In this document: piece by piece, positions 1 through 13,719 of the stretch
Position numbering within the stretch: position 1 is the first letter of the stretch
Layout: the number at the start of each line of letters is the position of its first letter
From: the human T2T-CHM13v2.0 reference genome, Homo sapiens
DNA length: 64,000 nucleotides
Direction: 5' to 3' (one strand)
Assembly (NCBI RefSeq): GCF_009914755.1
Contig: NC_060925.1
Notes under the pieces: model-generated
What the model was told of the DNA's origin: nothing
What the model saw: only the letters and a program-made list of their open reading frames with translations
The model's database searches: none
Made by a program: the position numbers and the translations under genes

Positions 1-548
1 ACACACGTTTTTGTCCATGGTTCCTGGCTCATAACTTCCATAGCCTTTGCTATTTCCTTGGTGACTAACACAATAAGCCTATCTTTTGTTGAAGTATTGG
101 TCTTTTATCCAAGGGTCCTGAAGCAGCTTCAGAACAATTTAAGAGTGATACAGGTGAAGGACAGTCTTTTGTTACAATATTGGGGAGATTTAGGCTTCAG
201 AAGTAGGCCTCAGAAAATAGGGTCTGTCTCTGTTCTGTTCTGCTTCTACCTGTTCCTTTTTCTCCCCAAGGCAGGCCAGGGAAACTAAAAATATACTCTA
301 ATGTTCCTCCACCTTTCTGTCTTAGAGCCGGCCATAAGGAAATTCTCTGACCTACCTTGTCTGACTGTGGGTCATGAGACCCTCATTTTAGAAGGAGTCC
401 TGCCCCATGCCCTGGAGGAATGAATACTGCAGAGAGAGGCCAAGAAGACTCTGAATAGGCAGCCTTGCAGGGTTTCCCCACTCAGTCGATTAGTATGAAA
501 TCATACTCCTTTTTTTTTTAAAATCACATTTCTACATAGTTGTCCATG

Positions 549-1049
549 TGTTGAAGGCCAAAAGAATGAGGGTCGTGATCAACTAAGTATACCACTGGAG
601 GCTATATGAGTAAACAGCAAACTGTTCTCATGAAAGCAGGATGTTGGCAAGCTGACAAACTGCGTCTGCACCCGGAAGGAATGCTGAGGGCAGTCATGAC
701 CCAGGCACAAGTGTTTCTTGTTATTAGGCAAATCTGAAGCCTGTTAGTAATAATATGACCCTGTGATCAATCAAGCAGCTGACCAATCATGCCCTCCTCC
801 TCCCTGCTCTTTCTACCCAATAAATATGAAGGGCTGAAGAAGCTCAGGCAGCTGCCCTTGCTCACAAGAAGCAGGGACCCCTCTTCTTCTTCCCCATGTT
901 ACCCTTCCTGTAAAATAGTTATTTTTGTTTTAAGTTTTCATTTCTGCGTTCATCCTCCTTCATTCAGTCTTGTAATGACAGTCTCAAATAGTAACAGTAG
1001 TAACTGTTGTAGTGATGGTCTCAAGTAGTAATTGTGGTAGTCTGCCACA
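549..1049 (+). mobile_element. Solo LTR of the LTR3 family (HERV-K HML-6)
   Basis: TG...CA termini, AATAAA, and an exact 6-bp TSD tccatg at 543-548 and 1050-1055. A 6-bp TSD fits a betaretrovirus-like ERVK. Family recognised from the recalled consensus. Confidence 0.8.
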
Positions 1050-1094
1050 TCCATGCTTCAGTCATGCCTATCCAATGAAGTTGCTATAAAGGGT

Positions 1095-1339
1095 CGAGGC
1101 GGGCGGATCACGAGGTCAGGAGATCAAGACCATCCTGGCCAACATGGTGAAACCCCGTCTCTACTAAAAATACAAAAATTAGCTGGGCATGGTGGCACAC
1201 ACCTGTAATCCCAGCTACTCGGCAGGCTCAGGCGGAAGAATCGTTTGAACCCGGGAGTCGGAAGTTGCAGTGAGCCAAGATCGCCACTGCATTCCAGCCT
1301 GGCGACAGAGCGAGACTCTGTCTAAAACAACAACAACAA
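1095..1339 (+). mobile_element. 5'-truncated Alu (AluSc-like)
   Basis: Alu body with the cctggcgacagag form, (CAA)n tail, TSD aaagggt at 1088-1094 and 1340-1346. Confidence 0.9.
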
Positions 1340-3017
1340 AAAGGGTGTTGGGGGTGGTGGGGGGTGGTGGGGGTACAGGGAGAGCTCCATGTAGTTTAAC
1401 ACGTGGAAGTTCCTGGAGGGTGTGACACCTAGGGAGGACATGGAAGCTCAGCTCCCCTTTCCACGTATCTTGTCCTATGCATTGCTTCATCTGTATCTTT
1501 GCAATATCCTGTATCATAAATCAGTAAAAATAAGTGCTTCCTTATTTTGAGCTGAGCTGCCAAAGTAATTGAACCCAAGGAGGGAGTCATAGGAGCCCCA
1601 ATTTATAGCCAGTGGGTTACAAGCACAGGCAAAATAACCTGGAGCTTGTGATTGGTGTTAGAAGTTGGGGGCAGCCTTGGGGACTGACCCCTCACCCGTG
1701 GAATCTGCCACTACTTCCAGGTATATAGCGCAAGAGTTGAACTGGATTGTAGGATATTAATGCTGCAGAATTGCTTGTTCAACTATGTTGATGGTGGTGT
1801 GAGAACAGAGGGGGAAAATGTTGTTTTATTCTGCACAGCACTGAATGTAAAATATATAAAATTCCATGTACTATGAATAGGCTTCCTAAAGACAAAGTCT
1901 GATCCTAAGGCAGATAATATTTACATCATATGTTTTAAAATATTCAAACTAGATACATGCTCATTGCCCTCCTTTTGTCTTTTTCTTCTTTGGAATTTGC
2001 ATTGTTCTATTAACATTCCAACAGTCTATATGCCTATTTAGACATAGGAAAAGAGTAGCAACAATCTCATAATGACACATGAGAAAAGAATTATTTCCGA
2101 ATAACACCTTACATTTTTGAATTCATGAATTTTCCATATTTGATATGGTCACTTTGATCGGTTGAACACTGAAAATGCATTTGACCCTTTCAGTGGATTT
2201 TAATTTAGGGTTTTAAATCCTGTTGTTCTTGGTGGAGCCACAAATATCATCAACTGCCTCATTTACAGCACTCTCAAAGAACCTTGCAATTCATGGTAAT
2301 TTAACATTTTTTAGTGAATATTAGTGATTTCATCTAAAACTCTGCATGCTATCAGGAACACAACAGATTTCAGAGTTAGAGCAATCAAAACTGACCTTCA
2401 GATGATTTTCTAAGGCAGCAAAATGCTTTGGGGATGAATGAAAATGAAAGAGAGATAGATGTTTCACTCCCATGTCAAAGGGTGTAGAAAATGATTTGCA
2501 TTACATGAAAATATCCTTGGCAACAAAAGTTCTTCACACACAGAGGCTCTTTCCAAACATTTAAGCTGATTACTTGCTATGACCATGTCAACCACAATCT
2601 TGTCTGACTCCACAGCATAAATAAATAGTACCTCTTTGGTATTTAAGTTGAAATTTTCATAAGCCAGAAGGTTTAGATGACTTACCAACACTTTTGAGAA
2701 TAATATTATTAAATCTTGAGCATGAGAGAACTTGAACCTTTATGTGCTTGAAGTAGAATTCCTAAAAAATGTTCACATATTCACTCATCAAAATTGCCAA
2801 GAATGGTCTTTGCATATGCCAGACTCTCTTTTATGGGATGAGAGTATAATATTGTGACTAGATCCATCTCTTTGGGAACCACCAGCTTGAATCTCCAGCT
2901 TTGGAACTTTGGTAGTTGTATGATTATAGTCAAATATTGATTGGACTCTCTGAACCTTTTCTCATTTATATTAAGAGAATGATAATGTCTCCCCGTCAGG
3001 GTTATTTTGAAGATAAG

Positions 3018-3054
<37 letters not shown>
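3018..3054. repeat. (TG)n microsatellite within a MIR-like remnant
   Basis: Directly visible TG dinucleotide run. Confidence 0.9.
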
Positions 3055-3420
3055 CATGCACATATGTATGTAGGGGTGTGTGTGTGTGTATATGTGTATA
3101 AAGTAATTGTTCAATAAATATCACCTTTATTTCCTCTACCCTCCAGTGTGCTGGAAGGCATCCTTGATTCTTACATCCCAAGAATTATAAATGGCTTATT
3201 TGGCAATAAGTAATATATTTATTACCACAGATAATATATACTAATGGGAAAATTACTTCTATCTTAGCATCCTAATAGAAAAGTGATCACACACAGATCC
3301 TGCATGAAACTCATGAGACACTGGAGAGCACATGGCTAAGCATAAAAGGAACAGTGCATAGAAATAACATTGCGCAATTATACTATAGGTTTCCTGGAAA
3401 CACAGAAAACAGATAATGTA

Positions 3421-3780
3421 CAAGTCTTCATCTCCTTGGTTAAATTTTTGATGCATTATAAGTGAAATTGCTTTATTAATTTCTTTTTCAAATTATTCAT
3501 TGCTGGCTTATAGAAACACAACTAATTTTGTGTGTTGATCTTGTAACATAGAACATTGCTGAATTTGTTTACTAGCTCTAGTAGCTTTCTTGTGAATTTG
3601 TTTGGATTTTCCACATATAGAATCATATCATCTACAAGTAAAGAAAATCAACTTTCTAATTTGGGAGACTTTTACTTACTTTTTCTTGATTACCTGCTCT
3701 GGCTAATATGTGGGCATTTCTGTATTATGTCTGATCTTAGATCTCAGTCTTTCATTATTGAATATGATGTTAGCTATGGG
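3421..3780 (-). mobile_element. Old L1 ORF2 fragment (antisense)
   Basis: Reverse-complement L1 ORF2 motifs (gaatatgatgttagct, tagaaacacaactaattttgtgtgttgatcttgta). Confidence 0.7.
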
Positions 3781-5070
3781 GTCAACTGCATTTTTGCATA
3801 GATGCTTGGGTAATTCAATGGGGAAAGGATGGCAATTTCAACAAATGTTAATGGAACATTTGGATACCTAGGTGTCAAAAAATAAAAATGAAATAAAGAA
3901 CTTAGATGCTTAACTCATACCATGTACAAAACTAATTCAAATTATTTCATGGATCTAAATGTAAATGTTTAAGTATAAAACTGTAAGATAAAAATGGAGA
4001 ATTTTTTTTTTTCACATTGAGTCAATCCAAAATTTCTTAGATAGGACACAAAAACATGACCCATAAAGGAAAAGCTTGGTAAATTGACTTCATGAAAAGT
4101 AAAAGCTTTTGCTTTTTAAAGTATACCAATAAAAAAAATGAAAAACAAATCCACAGAATGAGAGGACTATTTGCAAGTTTTATCCCAAATTAATAAGGAA
4201 TTCTTTAACTCAGTAAGAGGACTAACAACTAAAACACGGGCAAAATATTTCAAAGATACTTTGCCAAAAATCACATGAATGACAATACACATGAAAAGTT
4301 GTTCAACATTAGTCAGCAGGAAAAATGCAAACTAAAATCACAACAAGATACTACTACACACTCACTGAATGGCTATAATGAAATAGAGTCAATGCCAAAT
4401 GTTGCTGACACCATAGAGTAACTGGATCTCTTATAAGTTGCTAATGTAAATGTAAAATAATACAGCCATGTTGGAAAATAATTTGGCAGTTTCCTAAAAC
4501 ATTAAAAATATATTTGGTATACAAACCAGCCTTTTTATTCTCAGGATATAAAGAGATATAAAGATGCATGTCCACACAGAGACTTGTAACTGTATGTTCA
4601 TGGATGCATTATTCATAGTAGACCAATGCTGAAAACAATCTAAATGTCAACTGATCAATGGATAAACAAAATATAGTGTATCCATAAAATACTACTCAGC
4701 AATTAAAAGAATCTACTGAGACATGCAACAATATGACTGAACCTCAAAAACATTTTGTTAAGATGAAGCTAGATACAAAAGCCTATACATTGCAAAAAGT
4801 CTAAATGTTGTATAATTTCATTTATATAAAACTCATGGGAAAGGCAAAATTATCTCATCAAAGACCCTATAACTAGTTGTTTGGGGCTAGAGGTGGGAGT
4901 CATGATTGACTGGAAATGGGCACAAAGGAACTTTTTGAAATGACAGAAGTGTTCTACAATTGGATTATAGTAATGATTGCACAAGTCTAAATTTACTAAA
5001 ATCCATCAAACCATATACTTAAAATTGTTAAATATATAATATGTAAATTATACTTTAATAAAGCTGTTAA
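3781..5070 (+). mobile_element. Old L1M 3' end (ORF2 C-terminus and 3'UTR)
   Basis: Degenerate L1 motifs (caatggggaaaggat, ttggaaaataatttggcagtttc, caatggataaacaaaat) ending in aataaagctgttaataaaa. Confidence 0.75.
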
Positions 5071-5579
5071 TAAAAGGAGAGCTAGAAGAGGCTCTCTGGC
5101 AAGGAGAGATAAAGAAAAAATGTGGATATAAAGATGAATAAATAACAATGAGAATAGTGTCAAGAAGACAAACACTATCAAACAATAAGTGGCTAATTGT
5201 ATACGTGTGTGTGTGTATGTGTATAATTTTAGTTAGGTTCATAGATGGTTGAACTAACTAGAATATCATTCGCTAGGAAAGCATACAGAAAATAGGACTA
5301 TTTAATTTATGTTAATTCTTGTTTTGCTTCCTATCAAGAAGAATGACTATCATTTTGAAAGCATGATACCAATATTTAAAGGAAAGAAGTGAATCACCCA
5401 AAAGGGAAATTTACTATAAGAAAAGGTCTAACTACTTTATTTTCATTCAATCCTCTTGCATTTTGGAAATTACATCCTAGGATTCCCACCCTGACAGCCC
5501 ACCAAAAATAAAAATCACAGATGATATTACTAAATTATTGCTAGTGGCCCCTAGAAGATATAATGAGGGTTATAATCCT

Positions 5580-5830
5580 GCAGTTCCCAAACTGTGTAGG
5601 GGGTGGGGTACCATGAGAAATTTTAATTTTAAATGAAAATATTTCTTGACATCTGTTGGATACAGAGACAAATACTAGTCAGAGGTAGTTCACTGTGTCA
5701 GCAATAGATAGCACTACATTCCTTTCAATTTCATCATATCTTTGTGAAGCCAATTGTTCTGGCTGGCTTCTGCTAGGATCAAACACAAGTACCATGTGAA
5801 AATCAAGCTGGAACAGGAGAGAAGGCTGGG
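5580..5830 (+). mobile_element. hAT-Charlie DNA transposon remnant
   Basis: Starts cagttcccaaactgtg. Decayed translation (SYLCEA...IKHKYHVKIKLEQERR) resembles the hAT C-terminal dimerisation motif. Confidence 0.5.
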
Positions 5831-7376
5831 ACCCTTCATCCTCATCCCACCATTTACATTTTTCTGCTCCCCTCCTATTATCAGTGTCCATCACTCTAGC
5901 TATGTTTTGACCTCCTCTGAAGGCAGGAAAGTTGTCTCATTTGTTTCTAATAAATTGCCTCTGCTGATGCTGAGCTTCCAACTTTACACAGTGTTTCAAA
6001 AATTTTGTTAAATAAAAACCTAAAACAGAAGCAGCAACAACCACAAGAGTTGAAGAACTGTGCTCAGTATGATATATCATAATTTTAAAGAGATAAAAAA
6101 CCAAAAGGAATATGTCCAGGGAAGAATCATTAGGAATGTGAGAGTTTTTAAAAATTCTAACAAATCAGAAACACTTGGAAAGAATGTCCAGTTAATAAAA
6201 CATAAAATTAAATGTCTACCACTACTAAGAGTTGTAGGCTAGCTTTCCAGTGACATGACTATCCAGTTTTGCCTGAGAGATAATTCCCAGACTATGTCTC
6301 AAATGCAAGAAGGAATAGGTAGCAAAAAGTAGAGCAGGTGCCAATATTGTCACAAAATTAGTGGCAGAACCAATCAGAAATCACTAAGATTAGGTATCGT
6401 AATTCCATTATAAATGACGATCCATAACTCATATCCAAAAGGAATATGCTAGAATTTTTGTTGCATACAAAGCAATCAATTGTATTGCTAATCAATAAAT
6501 GACACATAGTAATTAAGTGGCCAATGAAGTCCAGATTTATGTTTAGACTGTATTTATACATGAAAGGAATTATGACAGTTCTTTCCCAAAAGAAGCATAA
6601 ATACCTACAGTTTTACTTATACTGAAATCCAGAGGGACTGATGAAATGCGGGATGCTGAAGAGAAACTACACAGGTACAAAATATGAATACGTCTTCTTA
6701 ATCACTAGCTATATCCTGCTTTCCATTACCTCAAAATCTAGTACAGTTGTTGTGGAGTCCAATATCCCATTACTTATCTTTCTCCCTCCCCCCTTAAATG
6801 TAGATAGCAGAGTTCCAGGCATGCTGGTTTGTGATGATCTGTCATGACTTGTGGCGTTTCCTATCATTGTGACTCATGACAGTCTCAGGACACCCCAAGG
6901 AGAATATGCATAGCACAATATGTTGTAGAGGGCTCCTACCACATGTTCCCAGCAGGCATTTCTTAGGGATTCTGGAAAGGGTAAGGATGTATGATCTTGA
7001 AGTAAATATAGGAAAACGGTCAATATGTTATGAAATTGTAGAACTGCAGGTGACCTTGTGAGGTCAATTCAAGGTACTGAAAAGCGATGTTGAAAAGTCA
7101 AAAGATACTTACATGTAATCTTAGGCTTTAAGGAATTAAAAATATAAATGTGAGAGATATTTAAATGAGTGAAACTTAAAGTAGAAAGAAACATGAATTA
7201 TGGGATGAATAATATGCGTGACGAATGATACTAATTATTACAATATCGATAAACAACTAATGGTATAATACTGCCCACAAAATTTGGGGGATGGAAGAAT
7301 ATCAAACATATAATAAACAAGAATTCACCCTTTATTTGTCAAAAAAAAATAACTTACCTGGAAATGTCTTTGTGTC

Positions 7377-7484
7377 GGTGACCAACTGTTTTGGTTTAAC
7401 CAATATAGTCCTGATTTTACCATTAAAAGTCTTGTGTCCTGGGAAGACCCTTGGTCTGGGAAAACCTAGGACTTTAATCACTTC
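7377..7484 (+). mobile_element. MER94-like hAT-Blackjack MITE
   Basis: ggtgaccaactgttttggtttaaccaatatagtcctgattttaccattaaaagtcttgtgtcctgggaagaccc resembles the recalled MER94 consensus. Confidence 0.55.
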
Positions 7485-7735
7485 ATTGTTGATTTCACTC
7501 CAAAAAACTATTGTAAATTTCCCACCATGAACATAATTATATTACCATTTCCAATTGTCTAATCAAGGAAAAGCAGACATATTTCATTCAGTGTATTTTT
7601 TTCCATCTCTTACCTACGTTCTTCACATTGTACTAAGCCTTTCTGATGGGTTCTAAATGGAGAAAGAAAACAATGAGATGCAGTCCCCTGTATGATGCTG
7701 CTTCACACACCAGCACTGAACCAGAGTTCACTTAC

Positions 7736-7899
7736 TTTTGCTGCAACCCAATAGATTGTTGACATCCAAGTGGCTTGCACTGGGAACACAAGCATCACAC
7801 TTTGAGCCAGTGACAAATTGTTTACAGAAACACTGGCCTGTGACCAAGTGACAGGTTTCATTCAAGGCTCCTGAGAGATGACAATTACAAGGCTGACAT
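7736..7899 (-). CDS. USH2A: Usherin exon 15 (c.2994-3157; last laminin-EGF repeat)
   Basis: Acceptor ttgttttcAG and donor AAA|GTAAGT; 164 nt, phase 2 to 1; translates (R)CQPCNCHLSGALNETCHLVTGQCFCKQFVTGSKCDACVPSASHLDVNNLLGCSK. Not in the ORF track. Confidence 0.97.
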
Positions 7900-10639
7900 C
7901 TGAAAACAAGGCAAATAAACCATCAAAGAGAATAGTGTTTTGATTAATAATTCATAGTATAAGTTACACCTACCAATAGCATTGTAGAGTAAGACGGCTT
8001 GTTTTAGCCAATATATTGAAAAGAATGCTTGAGCTAAACAAACAAAGAATCAACATAAAATAAAGGAAAATAGAAAAGATCTTTATAAAACTACTGTTCC
8101 TGGTAAAACCCGTATAAAGCTTTCTCTTTATAAACTAATTAATAGCAAAAAAAGATATTATATTGCTTTTTTACATCCCACAATATATCTTATGGATTAG
8201 TTTGAATCCAGTTGTTCAATTAAGAATGCTGTAAATTTTGCTTTTACAAAAGCAGTGTTCCTGTCAGCTAAACATTTAGATTAGGTACCCATAAAATTAT
8301 CTTTTCAAGTGACTCTCCAATTGCGAAATAGAAAATCAGGGGTAAATCATTGCTCTCCCTAAAAATCTTAAAATTCTATAGTTAGTTCGATGAAGACTAA
8401 ATTTCACTAAGAAAATTGCTTGAGAAAGACAGGTTCAAATATTTTTGATGCCTTAATATGGGTTATATTTCATTTTCTGTTTTATGAACTAAACTTAGTT
8501 ATCCATAATGGTTGGAGAATACAGCATTATTCTGATTTATGAAAAGATGCTAATGACATAAATATAGTAAGATAACTTTAGTGCAACTTAAATTTCTTGG
8601 ACCCAAAGTTGCTTGTAAAAATACCAGTAGTGGCATTTTGCCATGATAGAAACTAAAACTTGTTTCTTCACAGTGAATTATTCAAACATGTAGCCTATGC
8701 CAATGGCACTAATTAGGATAAGCAACGTTGGTGCCATGAGGTATTAGAGAAGCAAAACAGCACATGTAAGAAGACCACTCACCATTTAAAAGGTACTCTC
8801 CTTGTGGTACGTTTAAAACAACATCAAATGGATTCACCTATATATTCTAATAAAGATGCTGAACGGATGGAGTTACTTTTCCCCACTGCCATTTTTACAG
8901 TGTGATCTCTTGGGTAATCATTCAACACCCTTAAAAAGGCTGATAAAAGCTAAGACTGCCAAATAAGCTGCAAATTTGTTTTATGGACTAATATCCCCTT
9001 GGGAATAAATAAAGTACAGTTTTTCTTGAAAACCACTGTACTGTAGTTTGCCGTTTTTATGGTCATGATAAAAGGACATTTTCCCCCTTCAAACAACTAT
9101 ATTAGGTCTTTTATCTATACACATTACATCAGAATTCCATTTCAAATAGATGTTTTGTTTAGGTTAAGTTTTAGAGCTGAAGAAAATTATGTATTATAAT
9201 TAAAATGGAATTATAGATGCAAAAATACTTGATTTGCTCTTAATTTCTTTATAGGCTATTATGTAGAGTCTATTGTTTATAGGCTTTTAATATAATATTA
9301 GTGAGCATAAACAATAAGAGAAAAGCTTCTCTCAATGTATGTGTGTGTGTGTGTGTGTATATATGTATGTGTAACTGCACCACTCATGAATAAGTGTCTC
9401 TTGAGTATTTCAGTTTTTATTACCATTCACTCATGAGACAATCACACTTATTTTACATACAGTACATTTAGAGTAATAGCTTCCAATGTATAACATAATT
9501 CCGTTCCTTGATGTAGTTCTATTTTCTTCCAGCCAAAGCACGCAATGTTTTGAGCAATTAAATGTGTCTATTCTTGATTTTATAGTCTCTTATCCAAGCC
9601 ATTGTTATAGTCAACTTATCTGACTTGTTATAATCACTTGACTTCAGTAAGAGAGAATTTTTCCTAAATGAAGTTCACAAGCGAAGACTTTTCTGAAAAT
9701 TGTAGTTTGTTTTTACCCCAAAGGACACAGGGATAATTTTGTAATTAAGGATTAAGCAAAATGATTCCTTTAGATTTCTCAGCCACTCAAATATAATTTT
9801 AAACACTTCCAAGACTCTTTAGCAAATAAGCTACAAATTTGATGTCATTTTATAAGTTATCCCTCCTCAAGAGTACCTCCTAAATGAAATATATTTCACA
9901 TTTATTAAAACAAAATTATACATAATAAAGGAAAAGACATTTTAAGCTTAGAAAGAGAAACACCAAACTAAGATGAATTGCAATATTGATTTTGCCAGGA
10001 TAAATGGTTTTTGTAATATTAATATAAAGAAACCTTTATTACACTGACTCTCTTGGTACAGCCAGAGCTTCTCCCGCAATCTGTTTAAAATCTTCATTTT
10101 TCATCCTTATGGGAAAACCTCGCTTGCTAAATGGATTTCATAAAGAGTAATCTGTCAAGATTTATATAGATAAACAATTTGTGATGTTTATTGACCAGTT
10201 CATTATGGTAAACAAAACAGGAGTAAAGCATCACTAATCTCTGCCAGCACTTTGCTATGATAGTTCTCTTTGGACCCTTACATAACTCAGTATTTGCTGG
10301 TTACAATGGGAAAGAAGTTGGCCTCTGTCTCCTACATCACAAATTTCATATACCTTCCTTTCTTAGGAATTTCTTCCAGTTGTGGAAACAGTGAGAGAAA
10401 TGGTTATCCTAATTATTACTGTTGAAACCTAACTATTAATGAAAGGAATATGTTTCAGTAATGCACATCATTGTCAGAAAATTCATCATCTGAGGGAGAA
10501 CTGCTGTAGGAGGCCCAGAGATATATCCCAAGATATATAGGTCAATTTATTGACATTTCTCTTTGTACACCCCTCCTCTCTATGGGGCCTCAGCTCATGG
10601 GTACTATCAAATTGATTTAAATATTGATTGACATAAATA

Positions 10640-11260
10640 ACATTCATTGAGGGCCAGCTATGTTCCAGGACTGGAATAAACATCAAGGATGTAGAGATGA
10701 ATCTTATAGAATTGCCCCGGTCCTCAAGGAGCTCACAATCTCGTATGCAAGAAAAAACGGAAACAGCATTAATAAAGATGTATCCAGACTCTAAAGGTCC
10801 AGAAAAGGGGCAACTTAACTAGTCTGGTAGCAGAAGAAGGGATGGGAAGGGTAATTTTAAGTAGAAGTCTTGGAGGAGATGCTTGGGCTGAACGTTAAAA
10901 GATGAGTAGAAATAAGCCAGGGAAGTCGGGGAGGGGCAAAAATAGAGAAAAAAAAGAAAAAGCAGAAGAGGGTATGAAATTGCAAGCACCTCAGTACTCC
11001 TGGATGTAAATTCATAATGAGAAATGGTGATAGATAAACCTGGAAAGGTGAGCAGAAGTAAGATAATGCTACCTTGGGGCAGTGGCAAGGAGCAATGGAA
11101 ATGAGTAGGATAGACCTGAGAAATGTTAAGTAAAATTGGTAGAATGGGAGGCCGAATTGAAAAGAGAAGGGAGGATAGGTATAAAGTTACTCCCGGTCTT
11201 CTAACTTGCTAATGGGGATGATGAAGACATCATTCAACATAAAGAACGAAGGAGAAAGAG
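10640..11260 (-). mobile_element. L2 fragment
   Basis: Purine-rich antisense L2 motifs (tcctcaaggagctcacaatct, ttgggctgaacgttaaaagatgagtagaa). Boundaries approximate. Confidence 0.55.
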
Positions 11261-11684
11261 ATCTCCAATTGCTAAGGGATTTTAGATAAGGATTATTAAT
11301 AAACAAAAGAGAATGAGACTTCAAGGCAAATTGGAGAAATTCGGCAGAGTTTTTTTGTTTGTTTTTGTCTTAGTTTTTTCCATCAGTCCCTAACACAAAG
11401 GCTAGCACACAGTAAGGATTCAGTAAATATTGTCGGATACAGGAATTAATAGTGAATAAAGCACCAGGGAAGCTTTAGACTTAGGATAGGACACCGGAGA
11501 TTAATCCAAACATGGTTTGTAGCTCTAGTAACAAGTTAGCTCTTTTGAGCCCCTTTTTATTGGCTTAACTCTGTCCCCCTGGCTAACCTCACTCCCAGGG
11601 AATGGACAGTTTTCTTTAAGAGCTGGTATCTGTTCAGATTCTCTTAAACCAGTGTTCTCAGTTCACAGAATTCGGTGAGTGCTA

Positions 11685-11700
11685 CAGTGCCCTCTAGAGG
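11685..11700 (-). promoter_or_regulatory. Candidate CTCF site
   Basis: Minus strand reads CCTCTAGAGGGCACTG, one mismatch from the CCACYAGRGGGCRC core. Confidence 0.45.
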
Positions 11701-12541
11701 AGTTTGGTTTTCCCCGATTAACAGAGGAGCTGTGGTTTCATTGAGCTTCTTAGTTTCGCTTTAGTTACAGACTACTAACAGCATCTGAATTCTCTTGGAG
11801 ATGGAATCAGAATTATAGGAGAGGGATTTGAGGCTTGGGCATCCACGCTGTGTGAACTGAAAGCCATATTTACATGGCTTATTGAACAAGGAAATACGAG
11901 TGCCTCATCTGAAAGGGAGACGTTAACAGTGTGCAACCCCACCCTCTTTGGTGAATTTCCCAGGCACAAATAGAGAAACTCATAAAAGCTGGACCAGGGG
12001 CAGTGACTCCCTTGCATCCATGCAATAGTGACAGCTAAGTCCAGGCAGCTTGCTCAGCAAGGTTCTGATCTGAGAACACTGTCTCTTTCTCCTTTGTTGA
12101 CACTCCACATATTTATGCAAATAACTAAATAACTTTCAGATATGATAGCAGAATCAAATTTTTAAAGTGCTCACAGATAGAAGAGAGATTTCACTTATTC
12201 TCTATGGTCTCAGAAGGCATAAATAAGACTAGGCAAGAAAGTCAAAAGACTGCAACTTTTTGGTCAATATAAATAATATATTTCTATTTGTTGAAGAATT
12301 ACAGCTGTTTGAAATAAACATGAGCTACTTCATGAGACAGTGAGCTCCTTTTAGTTCCATGTTTTGGAGCAGAAGCTGAATGGCCATTCACCAGTTTTTC
12401 TGAAAAGGTGATTTACGCAGAGAAATGTATAGGGTAGAGTTTAACCAAAATTACTTTTAAGGTTCTTTCCCAGTCTATAAAGTTATGATTCTATTATGCT
12501 TAGTGAGACTAATTTGTCCAAGGTGACAGTAAATCTAGTTA

Positions 12542-12750
12542 CAAGGTCAGCAATCTTTATCTATAAAGGATGAGATAGTAAATATTTTAGGCTTTGCAGG
12601 CCATATGAGCTCTATTGTAACTCAACTCTGCTGCTGTAGCAGGAAAGCAACCACAGAAAATATGTAAAGAATTAACATTGGTGTGCTCTAATAAAACTCT
12701 ATTTACATAAACATGTGGCTGACCCCCAGGCTATAGATTGCTGAACTCTG
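12542..12750 (+). mobile_element. MER58A (hAT-Charlie MITE)
   Basis: caaggtcagcaat...gatagtaaatattttaggctttgcaggccata...aataaaactctatttac...ttgctgaactctg. Confidence 0.8.
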
Positions 12751-12764
12751 GTAGAGCAGGTCAT

Positions 12765-13550
<786 letters not shown>

Positions 13551-13719
13551 GTATCTGGTCTAGTGGAAAAGACAAAACTGAAACCTGGATATCCTGATGT
13601 CCAGTTGCATGTTATTCCTATTACATCACGTTGAATAAATGCTACTAATATATAAAAACTGATACTTCTTATCAGATCATATATCATCTATACTAAGAGA
13701 GAATATATAGTTTGGCAGC

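Larger units (their letters stand above)
1..1810 (+). mobile_element. MER21A-like ERV LTR, interrupted by an LTR3 solo LTR and an Alu
   Basis: Matches the recalled MER21 consensus (ggttcctggctcataac...; gaacccaaggagggagtcatagg...; ggggactgaccc). Sequence resumes after each nested insertion. The 3' end is approximate. Confidence 0.7.
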
